This document shows positions 16,311 through 25,612 of a stretch of 64,000 nt of DNA, piece after piece. The notes under the pieces were generated by a model. It searched no databases. It worked only from the letters and a program-made list of their open reading frames with translations, and was not told the origin of the DNA. The stretch is from the NCBI GenBank assembly GCA_003279935.1, contig QCGL01000009.1:3061-67060 (forward strand), written 5' to 3'. A program made the translations under genes and the position numbers. Numbering within the stretch: the stretch's first letter is position 1; each line of letters begins with the position of its first letter. The DNA is from Prochlorococcus sp. AG-388-A04 (GTDB taxonomy: Bacteria > Cyanobacteriota > Cyanobacteriia > PCC-6307 > Cyanobiaceae).

Positions 16311-17669
16311 ATGAGTATTAACGAAAAAGTGCCTGTGACAATACTCACTGGTTTTCTTGGTTCTGGTAAAACAACTCTTCTTAATAGAATATTGAGCGAA
16401 GAACATGGTAAGCGAATCGCTGTAATTGAGAACGAATATGGAGAAGTTGGAATTGATCAAGGATTGGTTATAAACGCCGATGAAGAAGTATTTGAAATGT
16501 CTAATGGTTGCATTTGTTGTACTGTTCGCGGAGATCTTATTAGAGTCCTTGGTAATTTAATGAAAAGAAGGGATAAATTTGACTACGTTTTAGTTGAAAC
16601 AACTGGGTTAGCTGATCCTGGTCCCGTTGCTCAAACATTTTTTATGGATGAAGAAATTAGTTCTGAATTCACACTTGATGGAATAGTTACATTAGTTGAT
16701 GCAGCTCATATTGATCAACAACTTGGGCGTAGTGATGAGAGTTCTGAGCAAGTGGCATTTGCAGATGTCTTAGTCCTTAATAAAACTGATTTAGTCTCAG
16801 ATGATGATCTTGATAACCTTGAATCAAGATTAAGAGATATGAATCGAATGACTCGTATTATTCGAGCAGAGAAAGCAGAGGTTCCTATTGAGACAGTTTT
16901 AAATTTGAGTGCATTCGATCTTGACCAAATTTTAAAGCGTAGACCAACTTTCTTAGAACCTGAATATCCTTTTGAATGGTCAGGAGTTTATGAGCTTGAA
17001 CCTGGAAAATATGAATTAAAACTTGAAGAAGGGCCTGATCCTGAAATGTCCTTAGTAGCTTTTGCTAATCAAGGATTGAGTGAAGAAGAATTAAAAGAGG
17101 GTGCAGAAGCCTCTGTAAGACTTTATGCAGAAAAAGCTAAAAACTTAGAACCTGGAAATAATATTCCATATGAAGAGCATGTAAGTCTTAAATTACAAAA
17201 CAAAGGATCTAAATCTTTTATTTTGGATGTTGAAAAAGCGTCAAAAGTTGGATTGTTCACACAACATACTGCTGAAGAATTCAATATGAAAGTGCTAAAA
17301 ATAGATTCCCAAAATAATGTTAAGGAAATTCCTTTTAAAACTGAAAGAAACTGGGTCGCAGAACATGAACATGATGATGAAGTTGGATCAATTGCAATAG
17401 AGCGTTTTGGAGATGTTGATCCTGAAAAGTTGAATACCTGGATGGGAAGACTTCTTTCCGAGAAAGGAGTTGATATATTCAGAACAAAAGGGTTTATTAG
17501 TTATTCTGGCAACCCACGTCGAATAGTATTTCAAGGAGTTCATATGTTATTTACTGCACAACCAGATAAAGAATGGGGAAATGAACCACGAAGAAATCAA
17601 CTCGTGTTTATTGGAAGAAATTTAAATGAAAAAGAAATGCAAGAGGGATTTGATAAGTGCCTGATATAG
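16311..17669 (+). CDS. COG0523/CobW-family G3E GTPase metallochaperone with an inserted domain
   Basis: GFLGSGKTT, GCICCTV, ETTG, NKTD, and CobW_C RTKG. Confidence 0.92.
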   Translation: MSINEKVPVTILTGFLGSGKTTLLNRILSEEHGKRIAVIENEYGEVGIDQGLVINADEEVFEMSNGCICCTVRGDLIRVLGNLMKRRDKFDYVLVETTGLADPGPVAQTFFMDEEISSEFTLDGIVTLVDAAHIDQQLGRSDESSEQVAFADVLVLNKTDLVSDDDLDNLESRLRDMNRMTRIIRAEKAEVPIETVLNLSAFDLDQILKRRPTFLEPEYPFEWSGVYELEPGKYELKLEEGPDPEMSLVAFANQGLSEEELKEGAEASVRLYAEKAKNLEPGNNIPYEEHVSLKLQNKGSKSFILDVEKASKVGLFTQHTAEEFNMKVLKIDSQNNVKEIPFKTERNWVAEHEHDDEVGSIAIERFGDVDPEKLNTWMGRLLSEKGVDIFRTKGFISYSGNPRRIVFQGVHMLFTAQPDKEWGNEPRRNQLVFIGRNLNEKEMQEGFDKCLI

Positions 17670-18730
17670 AACCTTTTAGCCCCAGAGGCATGTTTCATGA
17701 AGGATGGTCTGCTGAAGTTGATGATTATGCAATAGTTTGCGGTTGGGCTTTAAAAGGGAAACTCTTTGTCGTTGGAGACGTAATAGGAGGGCTTTATGGG
17801 TTCGAAGGAGATACAGGAAAGCTTATTTGGAAAAAGGATGAAGCCCATTCCGGAGGTCTTCTTGCAATGTCTATCCATCCAAATGGAGAGATTTTTGCAA
17901 CTTCAGGGCAAGACGGAATAGTTCGAATATTAAATTGCAATAATGGGGAGGAAATTAAAGCCATTAAACTTGGTAAAGGTTGGGTAGAACATTTAAGTTG
18001 GTCAAATGGAGGTTTATATTTAGCCGTAGCTTTTTCCAAAAAAGTATATGTTTTTAATCAAGATGGCAATGAACAATGGGTTTCAGAAGAACATCCGAGT
18101 ACAGTAAGTGCCATATCGTGGTCGAATAAGAATGAATTAGCAACTGCATGCTACGGACGCGTAACTTTCTTTGATGTAGCAAATAAAAAGACTAATCAGA
18201 AACTTGAATGGCAAGGTTCACTAGTTTCGATGCAGTTAAGCCCTGATGGAGATATTGTCGCCTGTGGGAGTCAAGATAATTCGGTACATTTCTGGCGTAG
18301 ATCAACTGGACTTGATGCTGAAATGACAGGTTATCCAGGAAAGCCTTCTCACCTTTCTTTCGATGATAGTGGCATGCTATTAGCAACTAGTGGTAGCGAA
18401 AGAATTACAGTATGGAGTTTTTCAGGAAATGGCCCTGAAGGAACAATGCCTGGAGAATTATGTCATCATACTGAACCAATTTCTAGCCTAGCTTTTTCTA
18501 ACAAAGGTTTGCTAGTTGCTTCAGGTTCAAGAGATGGTTCAGTAGTAGCTAGTTTTCTAAAAAACGACGGTAATGGAGATCCTGTAGGAGCTGCTTTTGC
18601 TGGAGATTTAGTTGGAGATATTGCTTGGAGACCCGATGACTGCGCTTTAGCTGCAGTTAATGCGAAAGGTGTTGTAACCGTTTGGAATTTTAAAGTCCGT
18701 ACAAGTTCTTCTTCAAAAGGGTTCAAGTAA
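17657..18730 (+). CDS. WD40-repeat beta-propeller protein
   Basis: Repeated AT(S/A)GxDG / VxxW units; GTG start overlaps the COG0523 stop by 13 nt. Confidence 0.88.
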   Translation: MPDIEPFSPRGMFHEGWSAEVDDYAIVCGWALKGKLFVVGDVIGGLYGFEGDTGKLIWKKDEAHSGGLLAMSIHPNGEIFATSGQDGIVRILNCNNGEEIKAIKLGKGWVEHLSWSNGGLYLAVAFSKKVYVFNQDGNEQWVSEEHPSTVSAISWSNKNELATACYGRVTFFDVANKKTNQKLEWQGSLVSMQLSPDGDIVACGSQDNSVHFWRRSTGLDAEMTGYPGKPSHLSFDDSGMLLATSGSERITVWSFSGNGPEGTMPGELCHHTEPISSLAFSNKGLLVASGSRDGSVVASFLKNDGNGDPVGAAFAGDLVGDIAWRPDDCALAAVNAKGVVTVWNFKVRTSSSSKGFK

Positions 18731-19228
18731 TTTCTAGCTTATATATTTACCAATAATTAGTTTTCAAATGTCTCTCAATACAAATCAATTCGCAATCATT
18801 ATCAATACCTTTTGGATGAATATCGCAATATGAAAGACATTGTAAATATTCATCTACGGGATTATTATTATTATTAATATCATAATTGTGATTATTTTGA
18901 ATTTTTGAATTAGTCATAAATAGATTTCCTCAATTCATTTAGGGTTAACATAAACGAGAGAGATAAGAAAATAAATAAGCAAAACTTACTAAAAAACTAA
19001 ACAAGAAATATATAAAATTTAACGCGGAAAATAAACAAATTGATTATAACTATCGGACGTTTTGGATTAAAAAGCAATGCGTATAAAAACGGATTGTTTT
19101 TTTAAAAGTTTTTAATTAATTTGTAATTGTTGAGTTTTAGGAGGTCTTTCAAAATGATCGATAGCCTGCCTGCAATTTCGGAATAATTCCGAACTAATTT
19201 AATTAACTGCTCCAATTATTTTTTATTA

Positions 19229-19348
19229 ATGTCTGAACTTACTTCTTTCGCATCGTTTAGGTGCCCTACAGGAAAAAGTTCAATTCTAGAGTCTTTGCCC
19301 CAGTTAAAAACTATTAGTTTTTTAAGGTTATTTTTAGCTGAAAAATAA
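19229..19348 (+). CDS. possible small protein (39 aa)
   Basis: Hand translation MSELTSFASFRCPTGKSSILESLPQLKTISFLRLFLAEK; upstream of a strong hairpin. Confidence 0.3.
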   Translation: MSELTSFASFRCPTGKSSILESLPQLKTISFLRLFLAEK

Positions 19349-19413
19349 TTAACAACAAGGATCAATGATTTAGGCTAGTTGTTAATTCTGATAGATAAAA
19401 TAAGTAAGAGAAT

Positions 19414-19445
19414 AAAAGGAGAGCTTTTAAAAGCTCTCCTTTTTT
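19414..19445. terminator. bidirectional intrinsic terminator
   Basis: Perfect 30-bp palindrome AAAAGGAGAGCTTTT/AAAAGCTCTCCTTTT (19414-19443) followed by more T. Confidence 0.8.
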
Positions 19446-19534
19446 ATTTGTGTTAAAAAAACAAACTTTTGCATTATTATACTTTTTTAGCTATTTATTG
19501 TAATAAGAAACTTTATTTGGATAGAGATAAAATA

Positions 19535-19678
19535 ATGTCAAAAAAACTTAGATTTTTTTCTGATTTATTAGCTAGAGCTGTTAATGAAATCGAATACAAA
19601 AATGTTCTTAAAAAATTAAAGAATCATGATCTTATAGCAGATGTAGATGATCAGAGATCACACCATTTCTATTCATAG
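19535..19678 (+). CDS. small hypothetical protein (47 aa from ATG)
   Basis: Track ORF starts at TTG 19469; ATG 19535 (MSKKLRFF) is more plausible. Confidence 0.45.
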   Translation: MSKKLRFFSDLLARAVNEIEYKNVLKKLKNHDLIADVDDQRSHHFYS

Positions 19679-19806
19679 AGAAGGGGACTAAATTGAACTA
19701 TTGTTATAAATCTTTTACTTCAAAAATCTTACTTTGGCTAGAAGTCTCATTACAAATTAAATTTTTTATATTTCTAATAATTCGAGAAAAAGTTTTGTTT
19801 TAATCC

Positions 19807-20133
19807 ATGAATAATTACTATTGTCCATACTGTAATCCCAAATATCAATTTCAAAAAAAATTAACGTCAGGAGAATTAATATGTGGGTTATGTGGTGACC
19901 CTCTAGTAAAAAAGCCATTGATTAAAATCAATCAAATAATTGCTATTATTGCCTCCTTATCGCTAGTCCTTCCATTGATTTACACGTTTATTATTTTAAT
20001 TAAAAACCAAATAAATACTCCTAGTAGAAATTACAATGCAAGTGCAGATTTTATCGAGAAAAATTCAAACACAAGATTTTATCAACCTCTGCAAAGTGAT
20101 TTACTTAAACAAGAATCATCATCTTCAATTTGA
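19807..20133 (+). CDS. Zn-ribbon plus TM hypothetical protein
   Basis: CPYC...CGLC followed by one TM helix. Confidence 0.7.
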   Translation: MNNYYCPYCNPKYQFQKKLTSGELICGLCGDPLVKKPLIKINQIIAIIASLSLVLPLIYTFIILIKNQINTPSRNYNASADFIEKNSNTRFYQPLQSDLLKQESSSSI

Positions 20134-20354
20134 TTTTTATAACTAGAATTATTTAACTCTTTATTCATAATTAATGGTTTATCAGAATCTTTACAATGAT
20201 TTTTACATCCTCCATTAAATGAATCGTGGGCCTGTAAAAAGTGAGTATTTATTAAAAAGATAAATAAGATTAATTTAAAAGTTTGTTTTATTTTGGATTT
20301 CATTTTTAGTAAATTATTTACCAAGCCTGGATTGATATTATCAACTAATTCCAA
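20082..20354 (-). CDS. hypothetical exported Cys-containing protein
   Basis: Hydrophobic segment then GGCKNHC...CLSKSLCRG; 3' end overlaps the previous gene by 52 nt. Confidence 0.5.
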   Translation of the reverse strand: MELVDNINPGLVNNLLKMKSKIKQTFKLILFIFLINTHFLQAHDSFNGGCKNHCKDSDKPLIMNKELNNSSYKNQIEDDDSCLSKSLCRG

Positions 20355-20581
20355 GGAGTGTTAATCAATCCCCAAATATCAAAAAAGAAAAATAAAATTG
20401 CGATAACAACTAAATCCCAGGCCCTTTCCCTAAAAGCCCAAGGAGCTATAAAAACTTCTCCCAAACCATGAAGTGCAGCTCCAGTAGGTAGATGATCTAA
20501 AACAAGTAAACTATGAGAGAGAATAAAAAGTAAACTCGCAAAATATCTAAAAAAAACAAATTGCCAATTGCCAGAATTCAT
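20345..20581 (-). CDS. conserved small membrane protein
   Basis: 78 aa, 2-3 TM segments, WDLVVIA motif. Confidence 0.65.
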   Translation of the reverse strand: MNSGNWQFVFFRYFASLLFILSHSLLVLDHLPTGAALHGLGEVFIAPWAFRERAWDLVVIAILFFFFDIWGLINTPWN

Positions 20582-20657
20582 ATTTTTTATATTTTTAAGA
20601 AATATAGTTCAATGGATAAAATATTGAAATAGATTTAGTTTATGGATATTTCTTTTT

Positions 20658-20671
20658 GTAGTTTTAAATAC
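20658..20671. promoter_or_regulatory. NtcA-like binding site
   Basis: GTA-GTTTTAAA-TAC (GTA-N8-TAC), 36 nt before ATG 20708; no clean -10 at canonical spacing. Confidence 0.55.
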
Positions 20672-20707
20672 TAAATATCGTCCCAAGCTAAAGTAAAAAG
20701 TTAACAA

Positions 20708-22153
20708 ATGAAGAGATATATGTTTTCAAATTATCGTCCTAAAAATAATTATGATGAATACTTTAAAGATAATTTAAATTCTTCCAGAGAAATTTTAACC
20801 CCCTTATTATCTTCCTTAGATAACATGGGTTTAGAAGAACTAAACAGAAATCATTCGGCGGCCAAGAAGTTATTATTAAGACATGGCGCAACTTTTAGGT
20901 TAAACGACACAGGCATTAAAGGTACAGAAAGAATATTACCTTTTGACCCTTTACCAAGAATAATAAGTAAGCACGACTGGATAACCTTGGAAGAAGGCTT
21001 AAAACAGAGACTTGAGGCAATAGATCATTTCTTAGATGATATATATAATTCTCAAAATATAATTAATGATGGAATAATTCCAAGGGAACTAATTGAGAGT
21101 TCAGAAGGATGGAGGCCTCAAATGTTAGGTTTTAAGCCTCCATTAAACAAATGGTGTCAAATATCAGGACTTGATTTAATAAGAGATGGTCAAGGTACTT
21201 GGCATGTTCTAGAAGACAACTTAAGATGTCCTTCTGGTGTGGCTTATTTTTTAGAGAATAGATTAGTGATGAAGAATATCTTCCCTAATCTTTTCTCAGG
21301 CAGGATAGTTAAACCTATTGATGAATACCCATCATTTTTATTAAAGACTCTCAAAGAACTAGCTATTTGGACTGATACACCAAAAATAGTTTTATTAACA
21401 CCTGGGATTTTTAATAGTGCATATTTTGAACATAGTTATTTAGCTCAAGAAATGGGTATTCAATTAGTTCAAGGTCATGATTTAATTTGTAACGATGAAT
21501 ATGTTTACTTAAAGACTACTTCTGGATTAAAAAGAGTAGATGTAATTTATAGAAGGATTGATGATGATTTTTTAGATCCTATACATTTTAGAAAAGATTC
21601 ATATTTAGGCGTTAGTGGTTTACTAGATGTCATGAAGGCAGGTCATGTTGCTGTTGCGAATGTCCCCGGGACAGGAATAGCAGATGACAAAATGATTTAT
21701 TCTTTTGTTCCTAAAATGATCAAATATTTTCTTGATGAAGAACCAATAATAAAAAATGTTGAAACCTATATTTGTTATTACGAAAAGGATAGAGAATATG
21801 TCTTAAAGAACCTTCCAAAACTTGTTGTAAAATCAGTCTCTGAAGCTGGTGGTTATGGTATGTTAATTGGTCCTCAATCAACTACAACTGAGATAAATGA
21901 ATTCTCAGATAAAATTAAAAATAACCCTAGAAATTTTATAGCTCAACCCACTCTAGAACTTTCTACAGTTCCCTCATTATGCGATGGTGAACTTTATCCA
22001 TGTCACGTTGATTTAAGACCTTACATTTTAAGGGGAAAGGATTCATGGGTAAGTCCAGGAGGTCTAACTAGAGTTGCTTTAAAAAAAGGTTCATTAGTAG
22101 TCAATTCTTCTCAAGGAGGGGGTTGCAAAGATACATGGGTTGTAGGAAATTAG
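20708..22153 (+). CDS. circularly permuted type 2 ATP-grasp protein
   Basis: VLEDNLRCPSGV, VDVIYRRIDD, GGYGMLIGP, HVDLRP, VVNSSQGGGCKDTWV. Confidence 0.92.
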   Translation: MKRYMFSNYRPKNNYDEYFKDNLNSSREILTPLLSSLDNMGLEELNRNHSAAKKLLLRHGATFRLNDTGIKGTERILPFDPLPRIISKHDWITLEEGLKQRLEAIDHFLDDIYNSQNIINDGIIPRELIESSEGWRPQMLGFKPPLNKWCQISGLDLIRDGQGTWHVLEDNLRCPSGVAYFLENRLVMKNIFPNLFSGRIVKPIDEYPSFLLKTLKELAIWTDTPKIVLLTPGIFNSAYFEHSYLAQEMGIQLVQGHDLICNDEYVYLKTTSGLKRVDVIYRRIDDDFLDPIHFRKDSYLGVSGLLDVMKAGHVAVANVPGTGIADDKMIYSFVPKMIKYFLDEEPIIKNVETYICYYEKDREYVLKNLPKLVVKSVSEAGGYGMLIGPQSTTTEINEFSDKIKNNPRNFIAQPTLELSTVPSLCDGELYPCHVDLRPYILRGKDSWVSPGGLTRVALKKGSLVVNSSQGGGCKDTWVVGN

Positions 22154-22154
22154 A

Positions 22155-23111
22155 ATGCTTTTAAGTCGGGTAGCTGAATCTCTTTATTGGATTAATCGTT
22201 ATTTAGAACGTGCGGAAAATATATCTCGTTTCGTAGAGGTTAGTGAAGCAATGTCTTTAGATTGTCCACCAGGCAGTGCTGAACCATGGCTGCCTCTAAT
22301 TGATGCTTCAAGTGATAGAGAAACATTTGACTCTAGATTTCCTGAGAAAAAACAGGATGATGTTATTAATTTTTTAATTAGGGATCGAATAAATCCCAAC
22401 AGCATAATCTCTTGTATCCAATTAGCTAGAGAAAACGCTAGGCAAATAAGGGATGTAATGACATCTGAAATGTGGGAACAAATAAATATTTTATATTGGA
22501 ATTTACAAGAAGGGGAAACTATATGGGACCTTCCAAGGCAGGAGCAATTAAGCGAAATAAGAAGAGGATGTCAGTTATTTTATGGCATTACAGACGCCAC
22601 TCTTAGCAAAGATCTTGCATGTCAATTTAGTATTTTAGGTAGATTAATAGAAAGAGCTGATAAGACATCTAGAATCTTAGATGTAAAATATTACTTATTA
22701 CTTCCAAGCTTAGACGAGCTTGGAGGAGTCCTGGATGAGTTGCAGTGGATAGCTCTTCTGCGTTCGGCAGGTGCTTATCAAATGTTCAGGAAAGCAGAAC
22801 AAAATTCTATCCAGCCGAATTCAGTAGCACGATTTCTATTACTAGATAATAATTTCCCAAGATCTGTTAGATACTGTTTGGATGGTATAAGTAATACCCT
22901 AAAAATGATAAATACCTCTCCAAGTTCAGATAATCCCTCAAAACTTGAGTGCATGAGGGGTCTACTTAAAGCAAAGTGGAGTTATATCAGAATTGAAGAT
23001 ATAATTAATGATGGACTACATGAGGCTATTGATTCCTTACAAATTGATTTAAACAAACTGCATAATCTCATAGAAGATAAATATTTTATAAATAAAGAAT
23101 TTGATCAATGA
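22155..23111 (+). CDS. alpha-E domain protein
   Basis: MLLSRVAESLYWINRYLERAEN and IERADKTSRILDV ER motifs; FPRS. Confidence 0.92.
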   Translation: MLLSRVAESLYWINRYLERAENISRFVEVSEAMSLDCPPGSAEPWLPLIDASSDRETFDSRFPEKKQDDVINFLIRDRINPNSIISCIQLARENARQIRDVMTSEMWEQINILYWNLQEGETIWDLPRQEQLSEIRRGCQLFYGITDATLSKDLACQFSILGRLIERADKTSRILDVKYYLLLPSLDELGGVLDELQWIALLRSAGAYQMFRKAEQNSIQPNSVARFLLLDNNFPRSVRYCLDGISNTLKMINTSPSSDNPSKLECMRGLLKAKWSYIRIEDIINDGLHEAIDSLQIDLNKLHNLIEDKYFINKEFDQ

Positions 23112-23968
23112 AAATTAAATATATTCATAACCTTAAATATTCCTATGAAGAATCAGTTCAATTGGGGGAACATCGATTATGTATCAAGCCAAGATCGCAT
23201 GGATTTCAAAGGCTAATAAACTTTAATTTAAATATTTCTCCAAATCCTAAAATTCTTTATCCTTTGCTTGCTGCCAGTGGTGAAGAGATTAACAGAATTA
23301 CCTTTGAGGGATATACCGATTCATTATCTATCAAAGCAATAAGTGAGGTTGAGACACTTAAACATCCTTGCATTCTTGATGGTGTAAAAGAAAGGGACCT
23401 TACGTTACCCTTTTGTAGAAGTATCATTAATAGAGATCTTCAGGGCGCTTTGGAAGGATGGATGCCAAATGGACAGCATGATCCTTCTGCTGTTGAATTA
23501 GCGCAAGAGTCATTAGCAGGAAGTAGCAATAATGCCTTATCTTTTACATTTCAACTTATAGAAATTATTCAGGATCGAGTTAAGTATACGAAAAGACATA
23601 CTGGCCCAGCATGGCCAGCGAGCAGGACTCTTAGAGAAAGGGTTGGGTCATGCAGAGACTTAGCAATGCTAATGGTTGAGTCATGCAGGTCAGTCGGAAT
23701 ACCAAGCAGATTTGTTAGTGGTTATCATTTTGAAGATCCTTTACCAAAAGAATTTGAATTACATGCATGGGCTGAATTATATATCCCAGGAGCAGGATGG
23801 AGAGGTTTTGATCCAAGCGGTAAAGGATTAATAGACGAAAGGTATTTAACATTAGTATCTTCTTCAAAATCGAACCTAACAGCAGTGATTACTGGAAACT
23901 TTAGAGGCAAAACAAACCTTAAGAATAATTTGACATGGGAAATAAAGCCTTTAGAAATTTGTAATTAA
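23108..23968 (+). CDS. transglutaminase-family protein
   Basis: Catalytic triad motifs GSCRDLA, LHAWAE, GFDPS; 4-nt overlap with the previous gene. Confidence 0.92.
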   Translation: MKIKYIHNLKYSYEESVQLGEHRLCIKPRSHGFQRLINFNLNISPNPKILYPLLAASGEEINRITFEGYTDSLSIKAISEVETLKHPCILDGVKERDLTLPFCRSIINRDLQGALEGWMPNGQHDPSAVELAQESLAGSSNNALSFTFQLIEIIQDRVKYTKRHTGPAWPASRTLRERVGSCRDLAMLMVESCRSVGIPSRFVSGYHFEDPLPKEFELHAWAELYIPGAGWRGFDPSGKGLIDERYLTLVSSSKSNLTAVITGNFRGKTNLKNNLTWEIKPLEICN

Positions 23969-24165
23969 TAAAGCCTTTTAATCTTTACAGTTATTTTGAA
24001 GGATATTTAAAAAATAATCTTAATTATTAATTTAATAGAGGTGTTCCTTAATTGGTGTTAACTGATACGTTATCTTCAAAATTTATCTGTTTTCATTTAA
24101 TTAATATTTCAAATAAATTGAACTCAACTTTAAAAATTGAACTTTCCAAGCCAAACAAATCTGAA

Positions 24166-24639
24166 ATGTTTGAATTGAAAAGTTACGAAAAATTTCGTGA
24201 TACGGAAGATGTCAGATTTTTCGATATAAGTATTAATAACTCAAATTTTAGAGACTTAGTAATTCATAATGGGCCAGCTGTGAGTCCACCTAATGATAAA
24301 GAATTAGGTAATTGGCAGTTTTATATTCATCATAAACAAGAGGATAACCTTTTAGCTATTTCAGGAGGAAGAACTTTTTATCTCGTAAACTTAGGCTGGG
24401 AGTATCCTTTCTACAAAGTAAGATTAGAATCATGTGGATTAATCTTAAAAATCCCTAGAGGAACTTTTCATAGATCTGTTTCTGATGAAAATGGTTCTGT
24501 TGTTTTAAATCAAGCTATAAGAGATAAGGGAGGAAGTGTTGAATCTGAATTCAAAGTTACCAATAGCAAAGATAATAAAAAACTTCACGATTGCATAACA
24601 AATTTACAACCTAAATTTAAAATTTATAGTGTTAAATAA
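24166..24639 (+). CDS. cupin-like (RmlC-fold) hypothetical protein
   Basis: HHKQEDNLL and IPRGTFHRS; ATG 24166 preferred over TTG 24052. Confidence 0.6.
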   Translation: MFELKSYEKFRDTEDVRFFDISINNSNFRDLVIHNGPAVSPPNDKELGNWQFYIHHKQEDNLLAISGGRTFYLVNLGWEYPFYKVRLESCGLILKIPRGTFHRSVSDENGSVVLNQAIRDKGGSVESEFKVTNSKDNKKLHDCITNLQPKFKIYSVK

Positions 24640-24722
24640 CTTTAAAAACTTTATTCAAATTTTAAAAACAATTTAAATCATTATCTTATTGAGATAAGAT
24701 AAAAGCACTGTAAAATTTCAAC

Positions 24723-25241
24723 ATGAATCGATTTAGCTTTTTGAAATACTTTTTATGTCTGACTTTTTCTTTTCTGATTTTTACCTCTCCTGTCTTTGCA
24801 GGTGCAAATGTGGCCGTTAAAGGAGAGGGAGATGAGGTTCCTAGCTACGTAAGATCTAATATTACTGGTTTTGATTTTCATGGAGAGGATCTTCATTTAT
24901 CCTCAATAGCAGGAGCAGTAGCAAGAGATGCTGACTTTAGTGAAGTCGATCTTCATGGAACAACATTAACTTTATCTGACTTAAAAGGTTCTAATCTTAA
25001 TGGAATAGATTTAACTGATACTCTCGCAGATAGAGTGAATTTCCAAAAAACAGATTTAAGGAATTCCATTTTGATAAACATGATAGCTTCTGGGAGTAGC
25101 TTTGCTGGTGCTCAAATAGAAGGAGCAGATTTTTCTTACGCGATTCTGGATAGTGAAGACCAGAGAAATCTTTGCAAAATTGCTGAAGGAGTTAATCCAA
25201 CTACAGGAGTTTCTACTAGAGATAGTCTTGAATGTAATTAA
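24723..25241 (+). CDS. pentapeptide-repeat protein
   Basis: Signal peptide, A(D/N)(L/F)xx repeats, QRNLCKIAEGVNPTTGVSTRDSLEC tail. Confidence 0.9.
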   Translation: MNRFSFLKYFLCLTFSFLIFTSPVFAGANVAVKGEGDEVPSYVRSNITGFDFHGEDLHLSSIAGAVARDADFSEVDLHGTTLTLSDLKGSNLNGIDLTDTLADRVNFQKTDLRNSILINMIASGSSFAGAQIEGADFSYAILDSEDQRNLCKIAEGVNPTTGVSTRDSLECN

Positions 25242-25252
25242 GTAGTTTTATA

Positions 25253-25612
25253 TTAGATAAATTTTTTCTTCCCATTAATATATTTATAGATCTTTTGATC
25301 TGGATCTATAAATATAGTTTCTCCATTTAATTTTGACTTCTTAAATTTTGAGAGTCTTGCTCTATGAATATTAGATTTTCTATTTGTAATATCTTCATTA
25401 TCATAAATTCCTATATTGATATTAATATCCGGATCTGAAAATGTTTTTTCATCATCTCGTGAAAAAATTTTTTCAATATTTGACTCTTTACTAAGAAGTT
25501 TCTTTTTAAATTTAGATAACTTATTATTCTTATTTTTTTTTATATTTGTAATTTTTTTGATTAGTAAAATTAAAACTAAAGCACAAGCAAAGCCAATTAA
25601 ATATATATTCAT
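25253..25612 (-). CDS. hypothetical protein with N-terminal TM
   Basis: 119 aa; 4-nt overlap with the upstream ORF. Confidence 0.6.
   Translation of the reverse strand: MNIYLIGFACALVLILLIKKITNIKKNKNNKLSKFKKKLLSKESNIEKIFSRDDEKTFSDPDININIGIYDNEDITNRKSNIHRARLSKFKKSKLNGETIFIDPDQKIYKYINGKKKFI

Noticed and set aside
23941-23978. 12-bp direct repeat AATAAAGCCTTT (23941 and 23967) at the transglutaminase 3' end
   Set aside because: Too short and AT-rich, with nothing mobile between the copies; at most a micro-duplication
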